The notes beneath the pieces are model-generated. The model was given only the letters and a program-made list of their open reading frames with translations. It was not told the DNA's origin and did not search any database. Shown here piece after piece: positions 1 through 8,623 of a DNA stretch of 64,000 nucleotides. Numbering within the stretch: the first letter of the stretch is position 1; each line of letters begins with the position of its first letter. Source of the stretch: an uncultured virus (IMG/VR IMGVR_UViG_3300020454_000007). Lineage: Duplodnaviria > Heunggongvirae > Uroviricota > Caudoviricetes. The position numbers and the translations under genes are program-made. Location of the stretch: the IMG/VR virus record IMGVR_UViG_3300020454_000007; one strand, 5' to 3'.

Positions 1-281
1 TGGATTTTGCCATATAGTTTTGGTTTGATTCGTCCGTATCCGTTTTTGATTGAAATGATTTCGCCCTTACCTTTGACACGGTCGTAATAAGGGTCAAAGA
101 TGTCGGCCATAGTGTAGGCACGGACAACGTCAAAGAAACGCTGCCCGTCCAAGGTGTACTCAACGATATGTACGTCAGTCGGGAGCTGAGTGTCGTCGAA
201 GGTATCAGGAACAATGCCCTGATCCATCACTTGACATTTCATTTTGGTCAGCTCTTCAGTTGTGAAATTAATATGTGGCAT
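1..281 (-). CDS. Hypothetical protein of a cyanophage-like family (runs off window start)
   Basis: Manually translated open frame MPHINFTTEE...LPTDVHIVEY...DIFDPYYD...GYGRIKPKLYG; ATG directly follows the RNR beta stop. Confidence 0.7.
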   Translation of the reverse strand, partial: MPHINFTTEELTKMKCQVMDQGIVPDTFDDTQLPTDVHIVEYTLDGQRFFDVVRAYTMADIFDPYYDRVKGKGEIISIKNGYGRIKPKLYGKI

Positions 282-1010
282 TTAGGCGTATTGAGGAAGA
301 TTAACGTTATTACTCTCAAAGAACGCGGGCATTCTCGAAGCACGGGTATCGGCTAGCCCTTCTGCTTTACCACGAGAGTACAGGCTGTCGCTCTGCTTCA
401 TCCAGAAGTTGGAAGAGAGGTGCCTGTTCTCGTGTTCGGCGCTCAGTGACTGAGTAACCCAGCTGATAGTCGCTTTGCGCAGCTTGTTCAGTTCTTTGTC
501 TGAGTTGAGTCCGAGTTCGGCGCAGACGAGGGAGTTTGCTGCGACGTGGGTTTGTTCGTCTCTAGAAATATCTGCGCTTGTTGTGCGAAGTCCTGTGTCT
601 CCCAAGAATCTAAAGATTGGTAGAAGCACGAAGAAAACGCTCCTTTCAAGGACAACAGCTTTAAGAACCGGGTGCCTATCAAGCTCAAGCCACGCTTTAC
701 AGATTTTCTGAGCTTCTGCCTCGTGTCTATCGCTGACTCTATGGGCGGCAGCTGCAAAATTGAGAGCAACATCATGATTTAATTCGTCTTGTACATTTGA
801 TAACAACAACTCCTTACAGCCATACTCGTCCGGCAGATCCCCTTTCATTGCATCGCTAATGAAATCACCTACGGGGATCTCAAGACAGCGGAGTGCCAAG
901 CCACGCTTGACTACATCTTCACCACCTTCAAGTAGCTTGCCAGCATTGACAGCTACAGGGGTCCACTTACGCTTGCGTTCGTGGAGTTTGGTGTAGGGAG
1001 TTTTTGTCAT
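282..1010 (-). CDS. nrdB: Ribonucleotide reductase class I beta subunit, short cyanophage type
   Basis: Ferritin-like metal ligands DELNH, LER and SRDEQTH; C-terminal Tyr; adjacent to alpha subunit; start placed at MTKTPY (1010) rather than 1130, which overlaps nrdA. Confidence 0.85.
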   Translation of the reverse strand: MTKTPYTKLHERKRKWTPVAVNAGKLLEGGEDVVKRGLALRCLEIPVGDFISDAMKGDLPDEYGCKELLLSNVQDELNHDVALNFAAAAHRVSDRHEAEAQKICKAWLELDRHPVLKAVVLERSVFFVLLPIFRFLGDTGLRTTSADISRDEQTHVAANSLVCAELGLNSDKELNKLRKATISWVTQSLSAEHENRHLSSNFWMKQSDSLYSRGKAEGLADTRASRMPAFFESNNVNLPQYA

Positions 1011-1029
1011 TGGTTTGTGTGGGTGAGGT

Positions 1030-2448
1030 TTATTCGGCGCAAGATACACAGAAGTTATCTTCTGGAAGTAGCTCGTCATCGCCAGGCAAGTCGTCAAAAT
1101 TGAAGAGGCTACTGAAGTCAGTATCATCATCTAATGCAGCCATAGCGTCGTCTTTGGCTTGCGTGTTCTGCATAACCTGCAGAGAGTAATAGAGACTGGT
1201 CTGTGGTGAATCCAGCCACTCCTGAATGAAGATGTCATCGTAAACGCAGACGTCACTCCAAGAGTTAAAGCTGTATCCGTGTGCTAAGCCTGTGTTATTC
1301 ACCATCTGCATGATGCCGTCAACACAACGCTTGTAGTTAGTCCAGCCAACTTCTTCAGCAGTTTCTACGTTGCCGTAGTTATACTGTTGAACACCAAAGG
1401 TAGAGCTGTCTCTATCAACAACACGCCCAATGGGTGGCGCAAGTTCCGGGGTGGTAGTGAAACCTTCCCGGTCAACATAACGGTATGAACAGCTAGCAGT
1501 AGGTGCAATAGCAAACGCTCGATCCATTTTGGCCTCACGTGCTATGTCACTTGCAAGCTTTAAACCGTGATCGAGGGCTTCAACTATTTTAGATGCAGCC
1601 GGAGTCACCATCAGATCAACTTCTGATCCGTGGTAAAGATCCAGTGCCTCAGCAAATTGTGCGTATGTGACCTTCTCTAAGGCCAACAGATTCGCCAGTC
1701 CGAGCATACCTAAACCAACTTGTCTATCGACAGATGGATCAAGATATTCACGGCTTTCTCCGACACCGGTCTTAGCGTGGAGATCTACCAGCTCCTGCAT
1801 CCCATCGCGGAATGCATAAGGGATTTCGTCAGGCTTACAAGCACCCAGGTTGATGTGCTCTAGCAGGCAGGTGCCACGTGATTTGAGGAAGACTTCAAGA
1901 CACACGTTGCCGTAGATACGCTCCCAATTTTGGTCAAAGCGAATCTTAGTGAGCCAGATATCACCCTTTTGAATGCCCTTGAGAATGGCGCATTTAACCT
2001 CATAGGATGCTTCATCCCACAGCTTTTGTGAGAGATTGACGCAGCGCTTGACCCAAGGCAGATCTTCCCGAGGGGCGGTTACAAACTCAAGAATGTCAGC
2101 GTGATTGATGTCCAGGTGACACACCACAGCACCGTTCTTGTATACGCCACCACGACGTAGTACTTCATTGAGTACAGAGTAAACCTTGGCGAAGCTAACG
2201 GGACCAGAAGCGACTAAGCCCTTGTCATTCTCAGTGCCATTAGGCCGGAGGTTAGACAAGTGCACAGCACAGCCAGCACCGTAACGTAAGGCGTGACTTA
2301 CAAAGTCCCAAGACGCCTCAATGCCATCGGGTCCTTCAATACTGTCTTGGACGACAAAGACAGTGCAGGAGGCTGGGAGTCTTTGCGAGGGGTTGTCGAT
2401 CCAGTTTTGGACTCGTCCGGTTCTTGCGATTTTTGTTGAGGCATTCAT
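1030..2448 (-). CDS. nrdA: Ribonucleotide reductase class I alpha subunit (compact, no ATP cone)
   Basis: NVCLE (NxCxE) active site, APTAS, SLYY tyrosine pair, C-terminal CVSC. Confidence 0.92.
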   Translation of the reverse strand: MNASTKIARTGRVQNWIDNPSQRLPASCTVFVVQDSIEGPDGIEASWDFVSHALRYGAGCAVHLSNLRPNGTENDKGLVASGPVSFAKVYSVLNEVLRRGGVYKNGAVVCHLDINHADILEFVTAPREDLPWVKRCVNLSQKLWDEASYEVKCAILKGIQKGDIWLTKIRFDQNWERIYGNVCLEVFLKSRGTCLLEHINLGACKPDEIPYAFRDGMQELVDLHAKTGVGESREYLDPSVDRQVGLGMLGLANLLALEKVTYAQFAEALDLYHGSEVDLMVTPAASKIVEALDHGLKLASDIAREAKMDRAFAIAPTASCSYRYVDREGFTTTPELAPPIGRVVDRDSSTFGVQQYNYGNVETAEEVGWTNYKRCVDGIMQMVNNTGLAHGYSFNSWSDVCVYDDIFIQEWLDSPQTSLYYSLQVMQNTQAKDDAMAALDDDTDFSSLFNFDDLPGDDELLPEDNFCVSCAE

Positions 2449-2789
2449 ATTAAGTCAGAGAGAGTGGGTGGTTGATAGTTAGGCCCTTTCAAAATCTTCC
2501 CGTCTTCACGGCGGATAGGCTTACGATCTGGTCCGAGCTTGGACATATTACTTTTGTGTACGCGATGTAGAGCGGTCATTAAATCCCACTCCATATTCTC
2601 TGCGTATTGGAACGCAACGTACACAAGATCAGCAAGCTCTTTGAGTTTGTCTTCAGCAAAGGATGCTTTCATAAACTCGTTGTACTCTTCGTGAATCAGA
2701 CGTAACTGCATTGCAGTGTTATCTGGCGTATTCGCAACTCCGTAACAGTGACGGAATTCGATTGCTTGTTCTTGTGGATCTGCAGTCAT
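2445..2789 (-). CDS. MazG-like / PRA-PH family nucleotide pyrophosphohydrolase
   Basis: EEYNE...KELADLVYV...VHKSNMSK...REDGKILKGPNYQPP pattern. Confidence 0.85.
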   Translation of the reverse strand: MTADPQEQAIEFRHCYGVANTPDNTAMQLRLIHEEYNEFMKASFAEDKLKELADLVYVAFQYAENMEWDLMTALHRVHKSNMSKLGPDRKPIRREDGKILKGPNYQPPTLSDLI

Positions 2790-3013
2790 TTTGCTCGTAA
2801 AGTTATTCTACCTTTTGTCAGGTCAAATGGTGACAATTCAACAGTCACTTTGTCTCCCACAAGCAGTTGAATCTTGCGGGTGATCAGACGGCCAGAAGCA
2901 CGACATAAACACTCGTGACCTTCCGGATCGTCTAGGCGTACATTGAAGTATCCGTTGCCAGATTCTTTGTATATAACGCCCTTTGCTTCAATTACATTAG
3001 CTTTCTTGCTCAT
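2786..3013 (-). CDS. infA: Translation initiation factor IF-1
   Basis: 75 aa; IEAKGVI...FNVRL...ASGRL...IQLLVGDKVTVELSPFDLTKGRITLR matches the IF-1 consensus. Confidence 0.93.
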   Translation of the reverse strand: MSKKANVIEAKGVIYKESGNGYFNVRLDDPEGHECLCRASGRLITRKIQLLVGDKVTVELSPFDLTKGRITLRAK

Positions 3014-3156
3014 TCTTTATCGTAGGTAAGTATGTATTTTTTGCATTTACGCAGACTTGAATCGACAGCTGCCACGCGGGACAGCTCAGCGCCCAGTAAC
3101 TTGCATAAGTTCAGGAGCTGAATATCAACTAGCGCTTGCTTTTCTTGTTCGGTCAT
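3010..3156 (-). CDS. Small hypothetical protein (48 aa)
   Basis: Manually found ORF MTEQEKQALVDIQ...; stop overlaps infA start (ATGA). Confidence 0.55.
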   Translation of the reverse strand: MTEQEKQALVDIQLLNLCKLLGAELSRVAAVDSSLRKCKKYILTYDKE

Positions 3157-3343
3157 TAGGTATATCTGTAGGGTCTGGAATCAGGTCCGGTGCCTGATCC
3201 TTAATGTCAGTAATCAGTTGAATTTCTGGGAGCATATCGTAATACTCTTCCAGACTGTCGTACGCATAGGAAAGAATATCGTCTAAGGTCATCTGACCTA
3301 TAAGCGTATGAATAAACTGAGCTTGTAGTTCTGCTCTATTCAT
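3125..3343 (-). CDS. Hypothetical protein
   Basis: 72 aa ORF in operon orientation. Confidence 0.55.
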   Translation of the reverse strand: MNRAELQAQFIHTLIGQMTLDDILSYAYDSLEEYYDMLPEIQLITDIKDQAPDLIPDPTDIPNDRTRKASAS

Positions 3344-3403
3344 CTCTTAGGGCCATTCCCTTTTGAATCAGCAGGACGTTGCCCTGGTGCATTAGCAGGT
3401 GAT

Positions 3404-3753
3404 TCAGACATAGGTCGTAGTTGCATAGTTTTTGATTACGCCAGGCAGAGCAGTAGTTATGTTCTGTCCGCCAACAATTGTTTCAATTGCTTCGTCTTTA
3501 AGATCGCAAAAACGGAAGCCGTCGTCGTCTGTATCAGTGTTACAAACGAGATACTCAGACGCAACTACCAATGTTGGTGTCACGTCGATATTGAGTTCTT
3601 CCGCAAGGGCAGTCTTTTGACCTGTTGGTGTTTTGAATGGCACCAACTCAATTGCGTCTCGTTGCTCACTAGGCAGAGTCTTGATATAGCTCTTTAAGCG
3701 ATAGCAAGGAGGGCAGTTCTCTTGTGTAAATACAAAAATTACAGTATCAGACA
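3404..3753 (-). CDS. Thioredoxin/glutaredoxin-like protein
   Basis: FTQENCPPC (CxxC) and VTPTLVV cis-Pro motif; start at MSDTV coupled to the upstream stop. Confidence 0.8.
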
Positions 3754-4017
3754 TTAGTCGAGAATAAGCGGAGGACAAGGTGGAAGGTATTTTTTCTCGG
3801 CGAGGTACTCGTCGATATATGCACGCTCTTCATGAGGTAAATAAGCGAAGAGCAGATTCATCACTATGTTGAGGTAGTGACGCTCGTCGTGGGGACTGTC
3901 CTGCGCAAGTGCTGCGTGACAGTGGCAAACTGCGTCAACTAAATCGTAACTGAATACGGGTATTTCTTTAAAGTCATTCATTGTTTGTTTCTGGTTCAAT
4001 ATATCCAAGTTTTTCAA
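3754..4017 (-). CDS. Hypothetical protein
   Basis: ORF in tightly packed operon; true start probably MNDFKE. Confidence 0.55.
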   Translation of the reverse strand: MKNLDILNQKQTMNDFKEIPVFSYDLVDAVCHCHAALAQDSPHDERHYLNIVMNLLFAYLPHEERAYIDEYLAEKKYLPPCPPLILD

Positions 4018-4195
4018 GAGCGTATTGAGATATTACCTCTTGAATCTGACTCTCTAATTCGTCAGTATCCAGCACCTCCAGTGACAAGGAACAGATGGCC
4101 CGCCTATCGGGCAGGCTCATCTTAGGATAGTTGTCAATGAGATACTGATTGATGTCGAAGAAAAACTCTCCGTCAACTTCAGTCTTCATTGGCAT
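3974..4195 (-). CDS. Hypothetical protein
   Basis: 73 aa acidic ORF, translationally coupled to neighbours. Confidence 0.6.
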   Translation of the reverse strand: MPMKTEVDGEFFFDINQYLIDNYPKMSLPDRRAICSLSLEVLDTDELESQIQEVISQYALEKLGYIEPETNNE

Positions 4196-4827
4196 CAGAA
4201 TGCTTCCTCCTCAGTGACTTGAGTAGGGATGATTGAGAGGCAGCCCTGAAGCACAGAAACGGTGTCACGGATGACTTGATCTTTCAGATCGTGATTCTTA
4301 GTGGCACGTGCTTCTTTGAGAGTGTCATACATAGCTTGGTCAGAGACCTTGACGCCGTTGTCACGGATGGCAGCAAAGCAAGTGCCGTACTTGGAATTGC
4401 CCTTCCAGGTGTCGATAGCAATCAAGTGACCCAGTGCTCTCTGGTTCATCAGCCCGGAGAGGCAGATCAACATGCACTGAGACCACATGGTCGTAAGACC
4501 AGAAGTCAGACAGACAACCTTGCCGCCTTGAGTGGTGAACTCAATGTTGAGCTTGCAGCCGTCAAAGCCGGAGCTGGCGTAAGGATTCTCTTCGATCTTG
4601 ATGCCAGTGATTTGCACAGGGTAGATGCGGGTAACGGGCTTACCGTTGGGTTGCATCAGTGCTTCTTTCTGGTCATCGCCCTTGTACTGGAAGAAGACAG
4701 CTTCGCTATCTTTCACCAGACCGACACCGACGAGGATGTCGTAAGAATTAGTGCTAGATCCAGCAAACTCAGCAACAAGAGCACTGGTGTCAGTGGAAGT
4801 AGCAGATTGAGAAACAATGTTGGTCAT
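4195..4827 (-). CDS. Hypothetical protein (210 aa)
   Basis: Long ORF with acidic/aromatic C-terminus (EEEAF). Confidence 0.75.
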   Translation of the reverse strand: MTNIVSQSATSTDTSALVAEFAGSSTNSYDILVGVGLVKDSEAVFFQYKGDDQKEALMQPNGKPVTRIYPVQITGIKIEENPYASSGFDGCKLNIEFTTQGGKVVCLTSGLTTMWSQCMLICLSGLMNQRALGHLIAIDTWKGNSKYGTCFAAIRDNGVKVSDQAMYDTLKEARATKNHDLKDQVIRDTVSVLQGCLSIIPTQVTEEEAF

Positions 4828-4895
4828 AGATATACAGTGGTTGTAAAGCCCGATTGGGCGTATTGGTAACGTCCGGCGTTAGCCGGACAGGGGTT

Positions 4896-5066
4896 TTATT
4901 TGTTGCGCTCTGGATGAGAGCTTTCGTGGATGTTGATCAGCACCTTGCACTCATGTTGTAAGTGAGTGAGAACGGTGGTTAGATCAGCGTGGTGCTCATT
5001 GCAGAGAGCCTTTGCAAAAGTAATGATGCCTTGAGCAACATACTTCTCTTTATTTTTATACAGCAT
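4896..5066 (-). CDS. Small hypothetical protein (56 aa)
   Basis: Manually found ORF MLYKNKEKY...; TGATG coupling with upstream gene; followed by hairpin 4871-4888. Confidence 0.55.
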   Translation of the reverse strand: MLYKNKEKYVAQGIITFAKALCNEHHADLTTVLTHLQHECKVLINIHESSHPERNK

Positions 5067-5275
5067 CAGTCAGCTACGCAACGTCCGGCAAGCTCAGCAA
5101 GCTTTGCTTCCGCAAGAGCTTCTATGCATGTCCAGGCTAGCTCGCCCGATAACTGATTCTGATCACAGAAGTACTCGACTGTGTCTTCGGTCACACCAAT
5201 TAGCTCATCAAGCTGGTCGTGTGTTATTTGCATTCGTGGTTGAAAGATATGAACTGCTGGCCTCGTTGGCCACAT
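5066..5275 (-). CDS. Hypothetical protein
   Basis: ORF directly downstream of sigma70-like promoter 5280-5308. Confidence 0.6.
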   Translation of the reverse strand: MWPTRPAVHIFQPRMQITHDQLDELIGVTEDTVEYFCDQNQLSGELAWTCIEALAEAKLAELAGRCVAD

Positions 5276-5279
5276 AATT

Positions 5280-5308
5280 AGTATACCCCGGCGTTAGCCG
5301 GGGTGCAA
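5280..5308 (-). promoter_or_regulatory. Sigma70-like promoter TTGCAC-N17-TATACT whose spacer is the repeated palindrome
   Basis: Minus strand TTGCAC cccggctaacgccgggg TATACT. Confidence 0.6.
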
Positions 5309-5337
5309 GCTTGTTTGTCAAATAAGTGGCATACTAA

Positions 5338-5754
5338 TTATTTCTTTGTTCTTCTCCGAGCTGTGCGCCGAGCACGCCTAATGCCACCGCGCTTAGCAGT
5401 AGGTCTGGCACTGCCCTTACGAGCCACGCGGCGAGCCTGACGCTTCTTACGACGGTCTGTAGCGTCTCCAGCAACCTTCTTCTTGCGAGTAGTAGTTGGC
5501 TTTGCTTTGGCTTTGGCTTTGGCTTTAGGCTTAGCTGCTGCTTTTTCTGCACGCTTAGTTTCTGATTTAACGGTTTCTTTCTTTTTAGATCTGACTTCTT
5601 CCATCGTCATCTTGGCTTCAGCCTTAAGCTTGCCTTTCTTTGAAGCCATAGCTTTAGCTTTGTCAGGAGCGGAAGTCATTGCCTTACGCTTCTCGCGCTT
5701 TGCTTTCATGCGTTCAATGAAATCGTTGCGTCTAGAGTCCTTGGTATCAGCCAT
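5338..5754 (-). CDS. Highly basic Lys/Arg/Ala-rich protein (histone H1-like composition)
   Basis: KAKAKAK and RRARRTARRR tracts; TACAAT upstream at 5779-5784. Confidence 0.65.
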   Translation of the reverse strand: MADTKDSRRNDFIERMKAKREKRKAMTSAPDKAKAMASKKGKLKAEAKMTMEEVRSKKKETVKSETKRAEKAAAKPKAKAKAKAKPTTTRKKKVAGDATDRRKKRQARRVARKGSARPTAKRGGIRRARRTARRRTKK

Positions 5755-5790
5755 TGGAGTGTGTACGTCAATACTTATATTGTATGCATT

Positions 5791-5819
5791 AAAAAAGCCC
5801 CCATGAAGGAGGCTCTTTT
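5791..5819. terminator. Putative intrinsic terminator
   Basis: AAAAAAGCCCCC-ATGA-AGGAGGCTCTTTT imperfect hairpin flanked by A and T tracts. Confidence 0.5.
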
Positions 5820-6196
5820 ACAACTAAGATACGAAATATGAGACCGTCATCTGCATCAATATGACGATACACAAACCAGGCCGCAACCACAACGGCCAGA
5901 TTTAACTATAACAAAGTCATCTCAATAAAGTGACTTGTTTAATACTGGAAGGTTTGTTACGTAGCTCGTGCTTGTTTTCTAGGAGGCGTTGAATGGCCTC
6001 ACTACGGCAGGAGCAATTGTCTAGGACTAGGGACGAGGATCCCAGTTCTTCAGACCAGTAACGGACGTGAAAAGTCATTGTCCGACAATCTGAGTGAAGA
6101 GAACTAAAATAATCATAAAGGTTGTGAGAATCATAATATCTAATGCAGCTATTTACAAAGTAGCTCGCAAAAATCTGCATAGACTTAGGGATAAGT

Positions 6197-6220
6197 GAAA
6201 AAACCCCGCGAAGCGGGGTT
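6197..6220 (-). terminator. Intrinsic terminator after DUF932 gene
   Basis: Minus strand AACCCCGC-TTC-GCGGGGTT followed by a T run. Confidence 0.75.
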
Positions 6221-6227
6221 ATTGTGA

Positions 6228-7184
6228 TCAAACAGACACAAGTTCCTTGGCAACAGCAACTGCTTTCTTCGCATACTGCATACCAGTACCAAAGTTAGCG
6301 CTGTTGAACTTACTCAAGCGCTGCTTGTACGTAAGACGGGAGACTTTAGGAGAGGTTTCTACCTCAGTCACAGCATTGATTGCATTCCAGACAGAGCCGG
6401 ATGCATATCTAGAGCCCATACCGTAGTGGTAAGCAGAGTTGAGCTGGCGATACTTGCGCATCTTGCTGAGGTCGCGGATGCCATAGGTGTCAGCAATGAA
6501 CTCAGCGAAGCTAGGCAGTTCAGTAGCAGCACAAGCTTTCAAGAACTCAGTGTCTTCCTCGAAAGATTGACGAGCAACGTCAATACTTTGGATCAGAGCA
6601 TCGAAGTTCTGTTCAGCCCCGCCAGTGTGGCGAACGCTTGCGTGACCACGGTTGTTGCCCATAGCAGCAGCAAGTGTGTTGCTACAGACAACCCGGACGT
6701 CAGTGAACATTGCACCGCAGCCGGTCTTACCGTCGTGACCTAGGTAACCGACGATCCGGCGACAAAGCTTGTCCCCTTCGACGATTTCCGTTGCCGCACC
6801 TTTGAGTGTGGCGGTAAAAGCGACTTTCGCTCCGTCTGCAAGTACGACGACGCTGTCCATGTCCGCCTCTTCGCGGATGAACTCCGCCATCCGCAGGAGT
6901 GAATGATTCTGGACGGTTTCGTATACGTCGGAAACTGCTCCGAGGAACTGCTGTGTATCAGCACGTACAACTCCGAAGGTGCCAGTTGGCTGGTCAATGT
7001 GCGGCAGATGGGTGTCTCCGTCGAGCCAAACTGGATAAGAAAGCTCTCGCTTCTCGACAGTGAAGAGTGCGTCTGCTGTTTCAAACGCTTCTCGCGCTGG
7101 AAGTGTGCCTTCGGTAACGGTTCCAAGACCGTGCCAGGCTTGCTCGTTGTTGCCGAACCAGCCAGAGGTGAAGTTTGCGGGCAT
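6228..7184 (-). CDS. DUF932/DUF945-family protein
   Basis: N-terminal AWHGLG, YETVQN, HDG, VRVVCSNTL, VRHT and WNAINAVTE motifs. Confidence 0.85.
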   Translation of the reverse strand: MPANFTSGWFGNNEQAWHGLGTVTEGTLPAREAFETADALFTVEKRELSYPVWLDGDTHLPHIDQPTGTFGVVRADTQQFLGAVSDVYETVQNHSLLRMAEFIREEADMDSVVVLADGAKVAFTATLKGAATEIVEGDKLCRRIVGYLGHDGKTGCGAMFTDVRVVCSNTLAAAMGNNRGHASVRHTGGAEQNFDALIQSIDVARQSFEEDTEFLKACAATELPSFAEFIADTYGIRDLSKMRKYRQLNSAYHYGMGSRYASGSVWNAINAVTEVETSPKVSRLTYKQRLSKFNSANFGTGMQYAKKAVAVAKELVSV

Positions 7185-7201
7185 TTGCCTTTCATATATT
7201 G

Positions 7202-7242
7202 AACACTTGATGAAATCCCGGCGTTAGCCGGGGGTGGCTGTT
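7202..7242 (-). repeat. Full copy of AACAGCC-hairpin-TGTT element
   Basis: Minus strand AACAGCCACCCCCGGCTAACGCCGGGATTTCATCAAGTGTT, 17 nt before the DUF932 ATG. Confidence 0.9.
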
Positions 7243-7318
7243 TTCTATTGCCAACCAACTGGTGCTGTCAATTTATTGTGCACGATTAAGAGCCAATTAA
7301 GTAACTAATTGCGTTTAC

Positions 7319-7615
7319 TCAAAAGTTTTCAAGGTCTATGATTTGCTGCAGCTTGTGGGCTTTTGAGCCGGGAGTGTATTGCCCGGTCATAAACATCTGC
7401 CTAATTTGTATATCGCTTCTTACAAGACGCTCAAAGTCAGTCGATATAAGGGCGTAACAATACTCACTAACGCTTATGCCTTTCATTGCGCACACGCTCT
7501 TAAGGAGGGCGTGACACTCAGGTGCCATATTGAAGTTGACCCGCTTACTTGCTAACAAATTCCTGGTGCAAATTTGATTGAGTGTATCAACACAGCTTTG
7601 TAGCGCTCGCTTCAT
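7319..7615 (-). CDS. Ribbon-helix-helix-like DNA-binding protein (CopG/ParG-like)
   Basis: KRVNFNMAPECHALLKSVCAMKGISVSEY fits the RHH strand-helix-G-S-helix pattern. Confidence 0.6.
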   Translation of the reverse strand: MKRALQSCVDTLNQICTRNLLASKRVNFNMAPECHALLKSVCAMKGISVSEYCYALISTDFERLVRSDIQIRQMFMTGQYTPGSKAHKLQQIIDLENF

Positions 7616-7767
7616 TTACATTTGTTGCCAGAGTGAGTAAATGAGTAGGCATTAATAATAGTTAGAAGTTAGAAGTGAGAAGATTTATTAAAAGCCACAG
7701 AACTTAACGTGGTTTTCGGTGGCTATGAAATCGCAGTGATACCAAGGGTTCTCAGCTATCAGTACCC

Positions 7768-7894
7768 TAAAAACCACGCAAACCGCACAAGTTCCCTTAT
7801 ATATTCCTTTTTTATACCCCTCCCCTCCTACTACTACTAATATTTATTTTGAAGGGTTAGGGAATTAGCGTGGCTAGTGTGGTTTTGTGGTTTT
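7768..7894. repeat. AACCAC/GTGGTT module, copy 1
   Basis: AAACCAC boxes, pyrimidine/AT-rich spacer, then three GTGG(C/T)T boxes. Confidence 0.75.
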
Positions 7895-7905
7895 CCGTGC
7901 TTGTC

Positions 7906-8619
7906 CTATCCAATGCTGTTTGGATCAACAGGCTGTATTGGTTTAAGTAGATCAGCAACCTTACGCTTGTAGTTAAAAACAAATTCGCCAAGACCCTCAC
8001 GGTCAGTCGTGCCGTCGACAGGGTTTGTGCCAAAAATCTGTTCACTACGGTCGCCACTCATAACGTGATCTTTGTACGATTCACGCAGAGCTTGGCTCTC
8101 AGCCATACGCGGTGAGTTCTTGATTGGTGGTGGTGGTGGTGCTTCAGGAGCTTCATCGCCACCTTTACCAGCAAGTGCCATCAATGCACCTTCTACGTCA
8201 GTAGCGGTGTTGAAGTTAGTGAAGTCTTTACCGCTGTCTTTTTCAAGAGAGCTATCAAAGACTGCACCAGCGTTTATATCAATGCCGCCTTCGTCTTCAC
8301 CTTGCTGCTTAAAGCCTTCAATCTCGTAAAAGTTACCAAGTCCATCAGCGACGATACCAGCGTCATGATCTGACTTAGTGGCATCAGATAGGCTGAGGCC
8401 ATAATCGGAGTAATCTGCTCCAGAGGATGCAGGTCTACGAGCTACAGCTTCGGTGTTGACTTCACCGCCGCCGTCCATCGGGTCAAACTGCTCAGAGATC
8501 TTAGAGCCACGTTGACGTACACGCTTTTGCTCAACAGGATTCTTGAGAGCCCGAACGGTTTGTGTATCTCTACCTTTACCAGCGACCTTAGAAATTAGGT
8601 CGTCTTTTGACATTGCCAT
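7906..8619 (-). CDS. Hypothetical acidic protein, possibly virion-associated
   Basis: 237 aa ORF; C-terminus resembles that of 8624..9442. Confidence 0.7.
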   Translation of the reverse strand: MAMSKDDLISKVAGKGRDTQTVRALKNPVEQKRVRQRGSKISEQFDPMDGGGEVNTEAVARRPASSGADYSDYGLSLSDATKSDHDAGIVADGLGNFYEIEGFKQQGEDEGGIDINAGAVFDSSLEKDSGKDFTNFNTATDVEGALMALAGKGGDEAPEAPPPPPIKNSPRMAESQALRESYKDHVMSGDRSEQIFGTNPVDGTTDREGLGEFVFNYKRKVADLLKPIQPVDPNSIG

Positions 8620-8623
8620 TTTC

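Noticed and set aside
1011..1130. N-terminal extension of RNR beta in the ORF track
   Set aside because: Overlaps the nrdA 3' end; ATG at 1010 fits better
4276..4869. 197 aa plus-strand ORF
   Set aside because: Antisense shadow of 4195..4827 with no recognisable features
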